A stretch of DNA of 64,000 bases, from the NCBI GenBank assembly GCA_010093705.1, contig MU006089.1:2281561-2345560 (forward strand), read 5' to 3'. Source of the DNA: Patellaria atrata CBS 101060 (Eukaryota). Numbering within the stretch: the stretch's first letter is position 1; each line of letters opens with the position of its first letter. Of the stretch, positions 63,652 to 64,000 are shown one piece after another. The notes below the pieces were generated by a model. The model searched no databases. It saw nothing but the letters and a program-made list of their open reading frames with translations, and was not told the DNA's origin. The position numbers and the translations under genes were made by a program.

Positions 63652-64000
63652 ATGGCACGACGTCAATTTGAGGACAACCGGAACTCCTTACAATCCAACA
63701 ATCAGAACGTCTTCGACGATGAATTTGCAGACGACAGCTCGGATTTAGACCTGAACATTGGAGTGGCAGATGGATTTAGACCTGGACCTTTTGCTGGACA
63801 GGCGGCAAACCCCTCAAACTTTACAACAGAGGATCATGCCTTCGTTCGGCGATCCATATCAGGAGTCAGTTCGACTGACCAGGCACGGAAGTCTACGAAT
63901 ATCTCTAGAAACAGCACTACCAAACACAATGAAGTCGGGCCCTCCCCTACTCCAAGGAACGATCACTCGGGCTCTCCCGTCCCAGGACGTATACTACGAA
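63652..64000 (+). CDS. 5' end of an unidentified protein-coding gene running off the right edge
   Basis: ATG at 63652 (MARRQFEDNRNSLQSNNQNVFDDEFADD...) with the frame open for 116 codons to the window end, preceded by a pyrimidine-rich leader. No family recognised. Confidence 0.6.
   Translation, partial: MARRQFEDNRNSLQSNNQNVFDDEFADDSSDLDLNIGVADGFRPGPFAGQAANPSNFTTEDHAFVRRSISGVSSTDQARKSTNISRNSTTKHNEVGPSPTPRNDHSGSPVPGRILR

Overview
Gene-dense, intron-containing euchromatin from a filamentous ascomycete (Pezizomycotina; short GT-AG introns with CTRAC branch points). I can support about 21 protein-coding genes. In order: a partial universal stress protein, ZUO1, the GRIP golgin IMH1, an SRPK/SKY1 kinase, a 3-ketoacyl-CoA thiolase, a small hydrophilic protein, an OPT transporter, BCS1, an RRM protein, a nitrilase-family hydrolase, eIF3L, two hypothetical proteins, an HGT1-like sugar porter, TFG1, a Cid1-family nucleotidyltransferase, a CFEM-domain single-pass receptor, PCM1, MEC1/ATR, ERG13 and a partial gene at the right edge. 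There is also an intron-containing tRNA-Ala(CGC) and a multiply broken F-box/LRR-like pseudogene. I see no intact transposon, rRNA or secondary-metabolite cluster, and no clearly new multi-gene system. The most interesting observations are: (1) recurrent ~1 kb GC-rich islands whose composition flips from C/A-rich to G/T-rich regardless of gene orientation, introns included; (2) a CFEM-domain type I membrane protein whose domain is invisible in the ORF track; (3) a Cid1-type enzyme with the UTP-selecting His; (4) a canonical PTS1 (SRL) on BCS1; (5) a candidate poison exon in an unusually long USP intron. Family assignments come from motif recognition, not database searches, and exon boundaries were read by eye.
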